From IMG/VR virus record IMGVR_UViG_3300037067_020175: DNA of 64,000 nt; one strand, given 5' to 3'. The translations under genes were made by a program, and so were the position numbers. A model generated the notes under the pieces. That model worked only from the letters and a program-made list of their open reading frames with translations, had not been told where the DNA came from and made no database searches. Below are positions 27,192 to 36,356 of this stretch, one piece after another (position 1 is the stretch's first letter; each line of letters begins with the position of its first letter). Origin of the DNA: an uncultured virus (IMG/VR IMGVR_UViG_3300037067_020175). Its lineage: Duplodnaviria; Heunggongvirae; Uroviricota; Caudoviricetes.

Positions 27192-27226
27192 GGGAGAACG
27201 GGGATTCGCGCCCGTCATTTTTCCCC
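27192..27226 (-). ncRNA. Divergent tRNA-like element near the predicted transcript start
   Basis: GGGGA-AAAATG-ACGGG-CGCGAATC-CCCGT-TCTCC. Confidence 0.4.
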
Positions 27227-27266
27227 TGTCTGTCGGCTTCCTGCATAATAGAATGGATCGGTTGGG

Positions 27267-27274
27267 TTTATAAA
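27267..27274 (-). promoter_or_regulatory. Candidate TATA box for the left-arm transcript
   Basis: TTTATAAA at the head of the minus-strand run. Confidence 0.55.
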
Positions 27275-27276
27275 TG

Positions 27277-27306
27277 TTTCCCATTTAATTTGAATTAAGT
27301 GGGAAA
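27277..27306. repeat. 30-bp near-perfect inverted repeat
   Basis: TTTCCCATTTAATT-TG-AATTAAGTGGGAAA. Confidence 0.85.
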
Positions 27307-27329
27307 TTGTCCTATTTGGGAATCTTTAA

Positions 27330-27357
27330 AATACTACGTAGAATTCTACGTAGTATT
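27330..27357. repeat. Perfect 28-bp palindrome
   Basis: AATACTACGTA-GAATTC-TACGTAGTATT. Confidence 0.95.
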
Positions 27358-27685
27358 CTCTTCCCCCGAAAAGGCGGGGTTCTGAGGAACCTAAATTGAA
27401 TCGCGCGCAATTCGAAATAAGGGTCATATTAAGGTTTTAGGGGCATTTTTCCACTTTTTGGGTATATGGACATACTTTGGGAGAAATGCCAAAAAACAGG
27501 TCTTGGTGACCATCCGGTGACCACTTAAATGAAGGTCAGGAGCATCCCGGATATCAACCCGAAGCAAAAGATGATTATCCCTATAATCCATGCCTTCCGG
27601 GTCAGGATAATCATGCCATATTCGTCATCAGTATCAAAATTGGGTATCTTAGATGAGCAGGTTGGGCAGATTGGTCTTTTCATCT

Positions 27686-27889
27686 TCAATCCTCATCCTC
27701 TTCACCCGGATATTTATAAAACCCAGATATCTCGCAAATCGAATCTATGAATTCATAAGCCGATTCTATCACATCGTCGCACTGATATACGGTTTCAGAA
27801 CAACTAATTTTGTGGTCAACAATGAACTTTTCTACAAGTTCAAGCACTGCATTCGATTTCTTCTGCCTTTCTTCGTCAGTTACATTCAT
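27686..27889 (-). CDS. Hypothetical phage-type protein
   Basis: ISCSETVYQCD.VIE.AYEFI. Confidence 0.65.
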   Translation of the reverse strand: MNVTDEERQKKSNAVLELVEKFIVDHKISCSETVYQCDDVIESAYEFIDSICEISGFYKYPGEEDED

Positions 27890-28024
27890 ATTCCATCATC
27901 ACCCATTTTCCAAATGATACCCACTCCCACAAATTGTGTCGAGCTTTGAAGTCCTGATTTTCTATGTAGTATCTCCACCCGCAGCACACGAGTTCTACGT
28001 AAGCCGGTGTTGAGAAAAAACACA

Positions 28025-28258
28025 TCATTTCTTTTCTTCGTCCTTATAGAACTCTTCCACATCGTGTGAATGCTTGTGAAGTGGCTCGTATGTCATGCGA
28101 AAGATATCGTCTTTGCACGGATACTTCTCACCTTTCACACCTGTGATAATCCAGTCTCCCGATATAGCAGTCATAACACCTTCGAGAGTCTCGATCTGTG
28201 ATGTTCCTGAGTTCTGCACCGCTTCAATGATCACTGGTTTTTTCCTGTAAAACGCCAT
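28025..28258 (-). CDS. PGDYG-like phage protein
   Basis: YRKKPV.IEAVQ, TLEG.M...GDWII.G..GE.YPCK.DIF..TY. Confidence 0.8.
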   Translation of the reverse strand: MAFYRKKPVIIEAVQNSGTSQIETLEGVMTAISGDWIITGVKGEKYPCKDDIFRMTYEPLHKHSHDVEEFYKDEEKK

Positions 28259-28581
28259 ACCTTTTCTCCTTTGTTAATTTCATCTCGCAATTCTTTACAT
28301 TTATCCCGTATAGACTCGCACAACAAGCAAGACCCCGGACGTGTGTCGAGAGAATGCTCGATATGTATAAGCTCCGGCTCTGTGAACTCTGGTAACGATG
28401 AATCCGGAACATTATTCACACGTATGATATGTCCATCTACACGCCGTTGTGTACAAATCGTTGCCCACGGAAATATTCTACTCGTGATAGTAGTTGCCGA
28501 TATCGCGAAGTTTGGGAATTTGTCCGGGCGTATCGTGATATCATCGAACCGTATTAATCCGAAAAGATAAGTTCTGTTCAT
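28231..28581 (-). CDS. Hypothetical protein
   Basis: 116-aa coupled ORF. Confidence 0.5.
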   Translation of the reverse strand: MNRTYLFGLIRFDDITIRPDKFPNFAISATTITSRIFPWATICTQRRVDGHIIRVNNVPDSSLPEFTEPELIHIEHSLDTRPGSCLLCESIRDKCKELRDEINKGEKVWRFTGKNQ

Positions 28582-28907
28582 ACAACAAACCTCGAATAAT
28601 CTGGTGCAAGTCTGTAGAACGTCTTTCCGAACAACTCTTCTTTGCGTGTGGTTGGTGCAGGTTTTGGAAGTGCTAATATAAACCCATCATCTTTCATAAG
28701 CCACACCGCTCTACGGAAACTCTGGTAGTTGCACGGCTTGCGGTATTCGAGAATGTGTATCCTGTAGTCGTTCCAGTTATTGAACATCTGGTTAGTGAAC
28801 ATTTTCTCATTTCGTTTCAATAACCAAGCAATAAACCCACGCTGAGACATGGTGTCCTTCTTGGACAATTTTCGTATATCCGGATCAAGACCTCCAACTA
28901 ATACCAT
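28578..28907 (-). CDS. Hypothetical basic protein, possibly winged helix
   Basis: YQSFRRAVWLMKDDGFI...FYRL; TATA-like box upstream. Confidence 0.6.
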   Translation of the reverse strand: MVLVGGLDPDIRKLSKKDTMSQRGFIAWLLKRNEKMFTNQMFNNWNDYRIHILEYRKPCNYQSFRRAVWLMKDDGFILALPKPAPTTRKEELFGKTFYRLAPDYSRFVV

Positions 28908-28946
28908 AACTATACGTAGTATTTGCGAGTGTATAAAAGTGATTGG

Positions 28947-29432
28947 TTAATCCAAACCAAGCTCTATACATTTCCTCATATATGCTGTGTAAGTCTCTTC
29001 CTCTGTTTTAAACGACCCAACATATATCCATTTTCCATTATACTTTATAATAGAATACCAGTTATTTCGTTCAGAACCGTCTTTCCGTTTCCTCTCCTTC
29101 TTACCATCATGATCAACTTTGTATACACCGGGATATTTGCTATTTCTCACTCGTCTGTTCCGAGAATTCTGCCTACAGGTTACGACCCTAAGATTCGACC
29201 TCGTGTTGTTCAAACCATTCCAATCTAAGTGATCTACAACACGTCCTTTTGGTGGCTTCATAATGACGACATGCATTCTTACTATAGTGGTTTTGTTATT
29301 TATTTTTACATTGCGGCAATCGTAGCTCGACCCACCAATTTTTGACACATGCCATTTATATTTAGACAACTCTTCATAATCCTCATCATCAACAAAAGTT
29401 GACTTCTCTTGCGAAAGCCTAATTTCCTTCAT
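28947..29432 (-). CDS. HNH endonuclease with AP2 domain
   Basis: VDDED, RMH..IM, VDH...NGLNN.RSNLR, SKYPGV and YVGSF.TEEE; start MKEIRLS. Confidence 0.88.
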   Translation of the reverse strand: MKEIRLSQEKSTFVDDEDYEELSKYKWHVSKIGGSSYDCRNVKINNKTTIVRMHVVIMKPPKGRVVDHLDWNGLNNTRSNLRVVTCRQNSRNRRVRNSKYPGVYKVDHDGKKERKRKDGSERNNWYSIIKYNGKWIYVGSFKTEEETYTAYMRKCIELGLD

Positions 29433-29543
29433 ATTGATACGTGATATTTGAATAAGGATAAACCTTTCTATTATTTGTGAATCCCTAACAGGGATTCCAA
29501 CCAATACGAGTGTTTATAAAGTCGAATTATCCACTTAATAGTC

Positions 29544-30419
29544 ATGAGTGACAACGATGAGATAAACAGATACGTCAGAAAACTGCGAGAAACACAGAGA
29601 AATTCGGCAGCAGATACATATCCTTCTATGCTGCGCGGATTCTCAGGATACCTGTCGAATAAAGGCAAGAATTTCGACACGTTTACTACAGATGACGCTG
29701 ACACGTACATAAGAACATTCCAGAATATCAACAGTGCAAATTTCTTCCTCGCAGCTTTGAAGGGATATATGGGATTCAGAACTGCATCTCTATCACTCGA
29801 TGACAAAAATGTGATGCGCGAGACCCAGAGAAACAATCAAGTACGCGCGCTGCGCGCGCGACCAGTGCGCCAAACTCGTGAAAAGATATCGCTGAATCCG
29901 GAAGAGCTCAAAAAGCTGCTTGCAGATATAGAAAACACCAAGAACAGTGATGTCCTCTACTGCGGAACCGTATTACACTTCTATTTTGGTGCCCGTCCTA
30001 TAGAACTTGGTCACTTTCTTCGCACCGCGAAGATAAACTGGAGCGACAACTCTATGGAATTGCTTACAGCAAAGACGCGCGCAGTGAGATTTCTTGCATG
30101 GCATGATAACATAACCCCGTTCTTACGCAGGTGGCACGCTTCGCTCCCATTATCAGAGCCGGGAAAATGGTTAACACGCAAGCTTCGCACATTCCCTGTA
30201 GATGGAATGCGTGTGGTTACCGCAAAAACGGGACGCAGAACATTACAGACACAGTTTCGTGTGCATAAAGTTGACGATACAATCACCGACATGGTTCTTG
30301 GGCACACTACTGGGTCTTCGAATATGGGAGACCGTTACACAGACTTTGCAGAACTCGATGAACAGGTGCGAGATGTTATGGTAAATAATCACTATATGAT
30401 ACTCGAAAAAGTAATATAA
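29544..30419 (+). CDS. Tyrosine recombinase/integrase
   Basis: YFGARPIEL (R), TAK (K), TAKTGRRT (KxxR), VLGH and DRY; TTTATAAA 23 nt upstream. Confidence 0.88.
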   Translation: MSDNDEINRYVRKLRETQRNSAADTYPSMLRGFSGYLSNKGKNFDTFTTDDADTYIRTFQNINSANFFLAALKGYMGFRTASLSLDDKNVMRETQRNNQVRALRARPVRQTREKISLNPEELKKLLADIENTKNSDVLYCGTVLHFYFGARPIELGHFLRTAKINWSDNSMELLTAKTRAVRFLAWHDNITPFLRRWHASLPLSEPGKWLTRKLRTFPVDGMRVVTAKTGRRTLQTQFRVHKVDDTITDMVLGHTTGSSNMGDRYTDFAELDEQVRDVMVNNHYMILEKVI

Positions 30420-30485
30420 GATCCCCGTTCAAGCTTTTTCTAACCGCGATACATTTTTATACCATTGCCCTTATAGTAAATCACT

Positions 30486-30749
30486 ATGATATCAGAAGAA
30501 GATTTCATGCAAAAGGTGGAATTGCTTGTGGAACAAACTCAAAAAGACGCAATTATAATGGCACGTCGCCTTTATCGCAGTGGTGCTTTAGATCTCGACA
30601 ATCCAGATTATGTAGACTCGTACATACTTCCTAAACTGTATATGATGGCATATGCATCGCGTATGCGTGATATCTGGTCTCCGTGGGGAAATCGCAAGAT
30701 GAATCCAAAACTGAACCGCGAAGTAAAGAATATGGAAAAGTTCCTTTAA
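30486..30749 (+). CDS. Hypothetical protein
   Basis: TATA about 24 nt upstream. Confidence 0.7.
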   Translation: MISEEDFMQKVELLVEQTQKDAIIMARRLYRSGALDLDNPDYVDSYILPKLYMMAYASRMRDIWSPWGNRKMNPKLNREVKNMEKFL

Positions 30750-30753
30750 AACG

Positions 30754-31299
30754 GTGTGTAGTATGCACGATCTTCGCGTAATGGATATACGGGACATCAA
30801 CCTCGAATTTCAAGACATGGATTTCAGTCCACAGGGGGAGAAAGATGTTCGTGAAATCATGCAATCCATAAATCGCGGAGATACAATACCACCAATACTT
30901 GTAAGTGATAGTGGTTATTTGCAAGACGGACGACACAGACTTGCAGCATACAAACGACTCGGATTCAAAACAATAGAAGTCGAAATAGGACGCCACCCCG
31001 ACGCACATGTGAGTGTTGTGAAAGTGCGAAACTTCGTGCCGGTTGACGACTTTGGGACACCATTGAAACAGACCACCAGAATGATCATGTTCAGCAATAT
31101 ACCGATCCCACCGGGATCTTTTATTGCATATATTGTTACAGATGGTGGGTCTGTACACACCGTTTTTGCAAATAAAACCCAAGCGCGTAAAGACCACCGC
31201 AGCAGCCGCAAATACTATGATAATCCTGACGATGAAATCGCGCTCATGGAAGTATATGTTACCAAATACGGAGAGTTTATAGACGGAGTATCGATATAA
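30754..31299 (+). CDS. ParB/Sulfiredoxin-like domain protein
   Basis: IPPILV...LQDGRHRLAAY.RLG...IEV. Confidence 0.78.
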   Translation: MCSMHDLRVMDIRDINLEFQDMDFSPQGEKDVREIMQSINRGDTIPPILVSDSGYLQDGRHRLAAYKRLGFKTIEVEIGRHPDAHVSVVKVRNFVPVDDFGTPLKQTTRMIMFSNIPIPPGSFIAYIVTDGGSVHTVFANKTQARKDHRSSRKYYDNPDDEIALMEVYVTKYGEFIDGVSI

Positions 31300-32369
31300 T
31301 GGCACGACCACGCAATAAGAAACAGACAATTGAAGAATATCTCATGGAACAATACCAACGACAAGAGCGAGAACGGGAATCTTATATTCGGGCTCAGAAG
31401 AAAATGGATGAAGAAGATAGTCTCATTCCAATACCAGAAAACGCAATGTCTGATGGTGAGCGCACCGCATATTGGGGAGACGATGATAATGCAACAGTAT
31501 ATCTTACCAAACAGATAGAGGACTCGAATATACGCGGATTCAATTTAGGTCAGATCCGTGGGAGATCCGGGATTATATACGGTGTTATAAAGGATGACGT
31601 AGGAAGAACGATGCTCAATGTCGATTATCACGTTCCGTTTAACTATCTGTCTGCAAGAAGGGAAGATATACCAATGGTTGTCGAAACCCTGCGCAAACGT
31701 GTAAATTCGGATTGGGAAGTACTCGATTACGCGGCACGCAAACGCAAGAAACCCACATCTCCAGAAGAATTGAAGCCACTCATAGAAGATTTCAAACGAC
31801 AATATGGGTCTTCTGAGGTTGAGCATTGCAGGGTTATCCGAGACGGAAAAATTATATATGATGATACGTGTGGGGAAAAGGGATCGGTAATGTTTGGCGG
31901 GGATGTGCGAGATGCCGATACTATCCACAACCACCCGAATAATTCTCCTGCAATGTCGGAATCCGATGTGGTATTATCAGTGTATGGAAACGCGAGATCT
32001 GTAACATCTGTTACAAAAGATCACGGTGCTTGGTCTCTTATCAGACCGGAGTCCGGGTGGGGAAAAAACCCAAACACGTTCAATAAGGATGTTTCGAAAG
32101 AATTCAAGAAGTCTCTAAACGTTGCTAAAAAATTACCAGAGACTCAAGACCTTATACGGAAAATAGATTCCGGAGAAATGCCACTCCAAGAAGCGGATGA
32201 CATATTTAATAAAAAATGGGTGGAGAAAGCAATTAACAATGTCGGTATTACCGTGCATAAGCACGATGCTGTAACATCGTTCGAAGGTGCAATAGCAATT
32301 GCTGCGATTCTCGGTGGTGCTCTAACAGTTGTAGCACTCTTATCTGTAATATGCCCTAAGAAAACCTAG
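31299..32369 (+). CDS. JAB/MPN-domain protein with C-terminal TM anchor
   Basis: VEH...IHNHP...MSESD; hydrophobic C-terminus. Confidence 0.72.
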   Translation: MARPRNKKQTIEEYLMEQYQRQERERESYIRAQKKMDEEDSLIPIPENAMSDGERTAYWGDDDNATVYLTKQIEDSNIRGFNLGQIRGRSGIIYGVIKDDVGRTMLNVDYHVPFNYLSARREDIPMVVETLRKRVNSDWEVLDYAARKRKKPTSPEELKPLIEDFKRQYGSSEVEHCRVIRDGKIIYDDTCGEKGSVMFGGDVRDADTIHNHPNNSPAMSESDVVLSVYGNARSVTSVTKDHGAWSLIRPESGWGKNPNTFNKDVSKEFKKSLNVAKKLPETQDLIRKIDSGEMPLQEADDIFNKKWVEKAINNVGITVHKHDAVTSFEGAIAIAAILGGALTVVALLSVICPKKT

Positions 32370-32704
32370 CCTCTTCTTCTCCAACAAGTTACCGATTTCC
32401 CACGATAGTAATCTGCGATAATCTCTTCTGCTGGTGTAAGCCACAGCTTTTTGCATATGTGTTGCATTGCTTCATTCGGATACACTATTACAATATCCCA
32501 CCCGTCTTCTACACAATCCTGTAAAAATCTTTGCGTATTTCCTTTCGATGGATTCTTCGAATATATATGATGCAATATTATAGAATTCCCCCTCCGTGTG
32601 AAATGACCACTGAATAAATCTTCGGTCAATCCAATATATTCCGATTCGATGTCTCCTGTCTGATACCAACCGTCTTGTATCTCCGGGTTTAGTCGTTCCA
32701 ACAT
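32366..32704 (-). CDS. Possible GNAT-like acetyltransferase
   Basis: IILHHIYSKNPSKGNTQRFL resembles the acetyl-CoA motif A. Confidence 0.45.
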   Translation of the reverse strand: MLERLNPEIQDGWYQTGDIESEYIGLTEDLFSGHFTRRGNSIILHHIYSKNPSKGNTQRFLQDCVEDGWDIVIVYPNEAMQHICKKLWLTPAEEIIADYYRGKSVTCWRRRG

Positions 32705-32754
32705 AACAAATACTGTATCCGAAAATATATAAACCCGCCGGTCAAAGATCTATC

Positions 32755-33369
32755 ATGAATGGTGAAAAGAAATATGCAGTTCTGGTGGCTGATCCGGCTT
32801 GGGCATATTCGGATCATAACACGGGAGGGAATTATAAGTCCGGGAGTATTCAACATTACATGACTATGAAACCATCCACGGTTGCAAAAATGCGCGTAAA
32901 AGAAATCGTATCCGATGATGCAGCTCTTTTCCTATGGGCAACCACACCCCTCCTTCCGGAAATTTTCCCGGTTATGAGTGCGTGGGGTTTCGCCTACAAA
33001 ACGATGATAACATGGTATAAGGTAGACCCAAAAACTATGACCGGTCGTCTCGGTCTCGGACACTACTTCCGTGGAATGACAGAACACTGCCTCGTTGGTG
33101 TGCGCGGGGATATGAAGCCATTCGGATGCCAGAGACAGAACGTAATCATAGAAAAACCCCGCGAACACTCGCGCAAACCCGATGCATTCTGGGATCTCGT
33201 GAGATGCGCATTCACAGATAAAGATGCAACACCGCGAATAGAACTATTCTGTCGCGGAGAACCGCACGTGGAGAAAGATATCTTCGAATGGATGCACCGC
33301 ACTGTGGAATATGACGGATGGGGAAACCAGTGCGAAGGTAAAAGAAAAGTAGAATTAGATCTTTTCTGA
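32755..33369 (+). CDS. MT-A70 family N6-adenine methyltransferase
   Basis: ADPAW, HY.TM, LFLWAT, WGF.YKT, TEHCL, HSRKP and IELF.R. Confidence 0.9.
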   Translation: MNGEKKYAVLVADPAWAYSDHNTGGNYKSGSIQHYMTMKPSTVAKMRVKEIVSDDAALFLWATTPLLPEIFPVMSAWGFAYKTMITWYKVDPKTMTGRLGLGHYFRGMTEHCLVGVRGDMKPFGCQRQNVIIEKPREHSRKPDAFWDLVRCAFTDKDATPRIELFCRGEPHVEKDIFEWMHRTVEYDGWGNQCEGKRKVELDLF

Positions 33370-33723
33370 AATATCCATAGTTTCTATCCTTTTCATATAT
33401 TTTGTAAAATACGCCATAGAAAGCGCATCCTGCCCCTGATACCTATATTTTATAGCAGCTTCACTCCATCGCGCAGACATGTCTGCAAGTTCCTGAACAG
33501 TAAAAGTACCATCATCTTCCATAGCAAACAAGCAATATGCACACGCATATGGATTAGACGGTTCGAGTTCTACCAACCTTTGAAACGATTTTAACGCGGC
33601 TTTATAATCATATGCATAATAATTCTGCAACCCTTGCACGAATATGCGCGCAGACGTGAATAATCTGAACCCTCGGCGGTTCATCTCGAATGCGATCCTC
33701 CTATTTTCTACAGGATCAATCAT
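33355..33723 (-). CDS. TPR-like protein
   Basis: F.QGL..Y...DY.AA...F...VELEPSNPY; paralog of 33932-34324. Confidence 0.65.
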   Translation of the reverse strand: MIDPVENRRIAFEMNRRGFRLFTSARIFVQGLQNYYAYDYKAALKSFQRLVELEPSNPYACAYCLFAMEDDGTFTVQELADMSARWSEAAIKYRYQGQDALSMAYFTKYMKRIETMDISEKI

Positions 33724-33726
33724 ATA

Positions 33727-33945
33727 TTACAACTCCACACTCATCCAGTCGTTGATCTCTTTCCTGTATTTCGACGCTGTTATCAATATAACTCCCGAAA
33801 AGAATATGGCTATATAGCTGAAAATTATAAAACCAAGTATGAGCACCGGAGCTGTGAGTATAAATAAGCTCATCCCGAATATAAGAATGGTGAGAACTAT
33901 CCCCCATTGCACCGCGTGCCACCGTGTAATCTTATCGTTTTCCAT
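33727..33945 (-). CDS. Small membrane protein
   Basis: Two hydrophobic helices. Confidence 0.6.
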   Translation of the reverse strand: MENDKITRWHAVQWGIVLTILIFGMSLFILTAPVLILGFIIFSYIAIFFSGVILITASKYRKEINDWMSVEL

Positions 33946-34324
33946 GCAATATCAACTTCTTTATATTTTCCCCATAAGATTTTAAAGCTTCTATCCTCTC
34001 TTCTTGAGTAGAAGCATAAAAATCGTAAGAATGCTTAGATCTTGCAATTTGTGATTCTATTCCGCTATTAACTGCAACCCGCTCCCACTCCACGCACAAT
34101 GCAACCAATTCCGAGTCTGTTGCCTTATTAAACTCACTCATCATTACAAGGTAGTTGTATATATAAGGGTTATCCGGTTCAATTTCCGTAGCCTGTCCTA
34201 AGAAGTCAACGGCATCGGCAACGTCGTTTTCATACGCACATTCCAAACCCCGTATAAAAAGATCCAAAGCTTCGTCGTTCTTGAATCTATACATTTTCCT
34301 CGTTTGCTCTTTACTGATCATCAA
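33932..34324 (-). CDS. TPR-like protein
   Basis: FIRGL..AY..D...A...L..ATEIEPDNPY. Confidence 0.65.
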   Translation of the reverse strand: MMISKEQTRKMYRFKNDEALDLFIRGLECAYENDVADAVDFLGQATEIEPDNPYIYNYLVMMSEFNKATDSELVALCVEWERVAVNSGIESQIARSKHSYDFYASTQEERIEALKSYGENIKKLILHGKR

Positions 34325-34374
34325 TTACATATTGCGTGATCGATTTTATATACCTTTGCATACAACGTGTATGT

Positions 34375-34800
34375 ATGAAATGCTTCAGAAATCATAAAAT
34401 GCACAACGATCAGTTCCTATACCGCAAATATATCAATGGGATAGAGTCAGAGGAAAGCTTATTTGATGTGGAATGCCACCTCAACGAAAATCTAAAAATT
34501 GCTGAGACGGCAGTTCTCACGGAAATGATGATCCACGATGTAGACTTTGAAGTGACCGGGAATTATCCGGATATAAAAACATCCATATCCCAATGGTCTA
34601 CGGCAGGTGAAGATGAAGAAGAAAAAATAACGATCTGGTTCACATTCCCGGACAGACACATTTCTGATAAAAATTACGAAATCGAAGACAAAATAAACGA
34701 AATCGTCAGATCATCCGAACTTATAAAACGACTCGAACGGCGATTTGGTGGAGAGATAGAAGTCTATGCAACATACGACATCGAAAGAATGGTGGATTGA
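34375..34800 (+). CDS. Hypothetical acidic protein
   Basis: TTTTATATA about 23 nt before ATG 34375. Confidence 0.65.
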   Translation: MKCFRNHKMHNDQFLYRKYINGIESEESLFDVECHLNENLKIAETAVLTEMMIHDVDFEVTGNYPDIKTSISQWSTAGEDEEEKITIWFTFPDRHISDKNYEIEDKINEIVRSSELIKRLERRFGGEIEVYATYDIERMVD

Positions 34801-35144
34801 TAATGGATACATCAGATGAATACTTCGAATATAATGGGGAAAATGAATATAAAACAGAGGATGATACAACCCACGACAACAATTGGGGATCTCACGGATG
34901 GGCTCTAACACTTTTACCTTTGATAGATAGCAATAACCCATGCATGGATAAAATATACGACTCGTGCACGCTTATTATGACCCATTATAATATTTCAATG
35001 CATTACCAGAAGGAGAAGTGTCTGTGCGAATCCGGTTGGGATAAGCGATCACTTTGGTTGCATCAGGAAGAATTCGTAAAAGCTCTTGAAGATTACTGGA
35101 ATAATGGGATGAAGGATTCTCTCTCTGAAATAAAGAACGTTTAG
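34797..35144 (+). CDS. Hypothetical protein
   Basis: Coupled ORF. Confidence 0.6.
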   Translation: MIMDTSDEYFEYNGENEYKTEDDTTHDNNWGSHGWALTLLPLIDSNNPCMDKIYDSCTLIMTHYNISMHYQKEKCLCESGWDKRSLWLHQEEFVKALEDYWNNGMKDSLSEIKNV

Positions 35145-35590
35145 GAAGGGCGGGATTTCTTTGTGCTCCAGAGATCCCAAGAATTGAATATTGTTTTATC
35201 ATGAGCAACCTCTACAAATTTTTTATAGAAGAATTGCTCGTCGTCTCCGAGATCCGACACACTCATCGGAACACCGCTCATGTTTGTATACGCAGACAGG
35301 AACATACTTAGATACTTGTTGTATTCCGCATTTAAGCAGTTTGTATAGCAATCCCGGACGCGGGGGTTGAGATTCATTACAAAATCCGGTGTAAAATTAT
35401 TCTCCAAGAACATCGTCTTTAAGTCACAAACACATCCAGATCCGTATAAATCACTGCGTATAACCTTAAATACCTGCATTTCAGAATTTAGATACAGCCC
35501 CCATTGTTCGAGAAGGTCATCAACATCTGCAAATTCTGCATCGGGCTCGTCCGGATTCCCATCTCCGTAATCGTTCATGTAATATCCCAT
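35141..35590 (-). CDS. Hypothetical protein
   Basis: 149-aa ORF. Confidence 0.65.
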   Translation of the reverse strand: MGYYMNDYGDGNPDEPDAEFADVDDLLEQWGLYLNSEMQVFKVIRSDLYGSGCVCDLKTMFLENNFTPDFVMNLNPRVRDCYTNCLNAEYNKYLSMFLSAYTNMSGVPMSVSDLGDDEQFFYKKFVEVAHDKTIFNSWDLWSTKKSRPS

Positions 35591-35655
35591 ATGGTTTCAA
35601 CTCTATAAAGTATAATTAGCAGGTATCACTTAAAAATATATCGGGTGATTTGTCA

Positions 35656-36108
35656 TTACGAAGTATATCTTTCGTCAACAACCCATACTTCTGCGGCTTT
35701 CTGGTTGTTGTGATTCATGGTTTTTACCGCACCCGCTGCTGTTTTCACAGTTACGTCAGGGTAGAATGTTCTTCCAGTGTATTTAGAGCTCTTAGACTTC
35801 ACATACGTATACGTGTAAGGAACCACAGCGATCTGAACCCCGTCTTCCGGCTGTCCGTCAAACGTTCCTTTTACAATCATCCCGTCTCCGGGGGAGAATG
35901 CGTACTCTGTTACAATCTGGTCTCCACTTCCGGGAGTAGCGTGAATTTCAAACTCTACTGTGAATGGGGATGTCCCATGCGTGTATGCCGGTAGTATAAA
36001 TACTCCGGGCTCTGATGCTCCCTGAGGAGCGGCTGTTGGTTCGTTGTAGTCAACCATCGTTTTCACCAACTTGTGTATAGACATTGTTAGTATATAAATA
36101 TAACTCAA
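35656..36108 (-). CDS. PKD-like single-domain protein; start probably MVDYNEP
   Basis: G.SPFTVEF...YAFSPGDG...YTY...VTV. Confidence 0.55.
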   Translation of the reverse strand: MSYIYILTMSIHKLVKTMVDYNEPTAAPQGASEPGVFILPAYTHGTSPFTVEFEIHATPGSGDQIVTEYAFSPGDGMIVKGTFDGQPEDGVQIAVVPYTYTYVKSKSSKYTGRTFYPDVTVKTAAGAVKTMNHNNQKAAEVWVVDERYTS

Positions 36109-36356
36109 ATTGGATTCAATCCCCGTTCTAACGAGATTCTATCGGGTTCCCACACAGTCCTATTACCGCAAATATCGATAAAATTGTTATAAGTTTGTGG
36201 ATGTTTTCTGACATATGATCCGTTGAATAGTTGAGTAGAAGTCCGATCAATATACACGCGGTTACAACTCCGAGTGTATACCACCAGACAAGATGCGCCA
36301 TAATGCAGAATGTGGGGGTAAAGTATTTATATGTTTCCGATACATGTTGTATCACC

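Noticed and set aside
7672..30419. Classical integron with attC cassettes
   Set aside because: The elements fold as acceptor plus T-arm rather than attC hairpins with L boxes, and the recombinase lacks a visible IntI insertion; kept only as a minor alternative
30420..30433. GATCCCCGTTCAAG after the recombinase, matching 21123-21136 in reverse, as an att or inversion site
   Set aside because: Only 14 bp, one copy lies inside a CDS, and there is no dyad structure; not enough support
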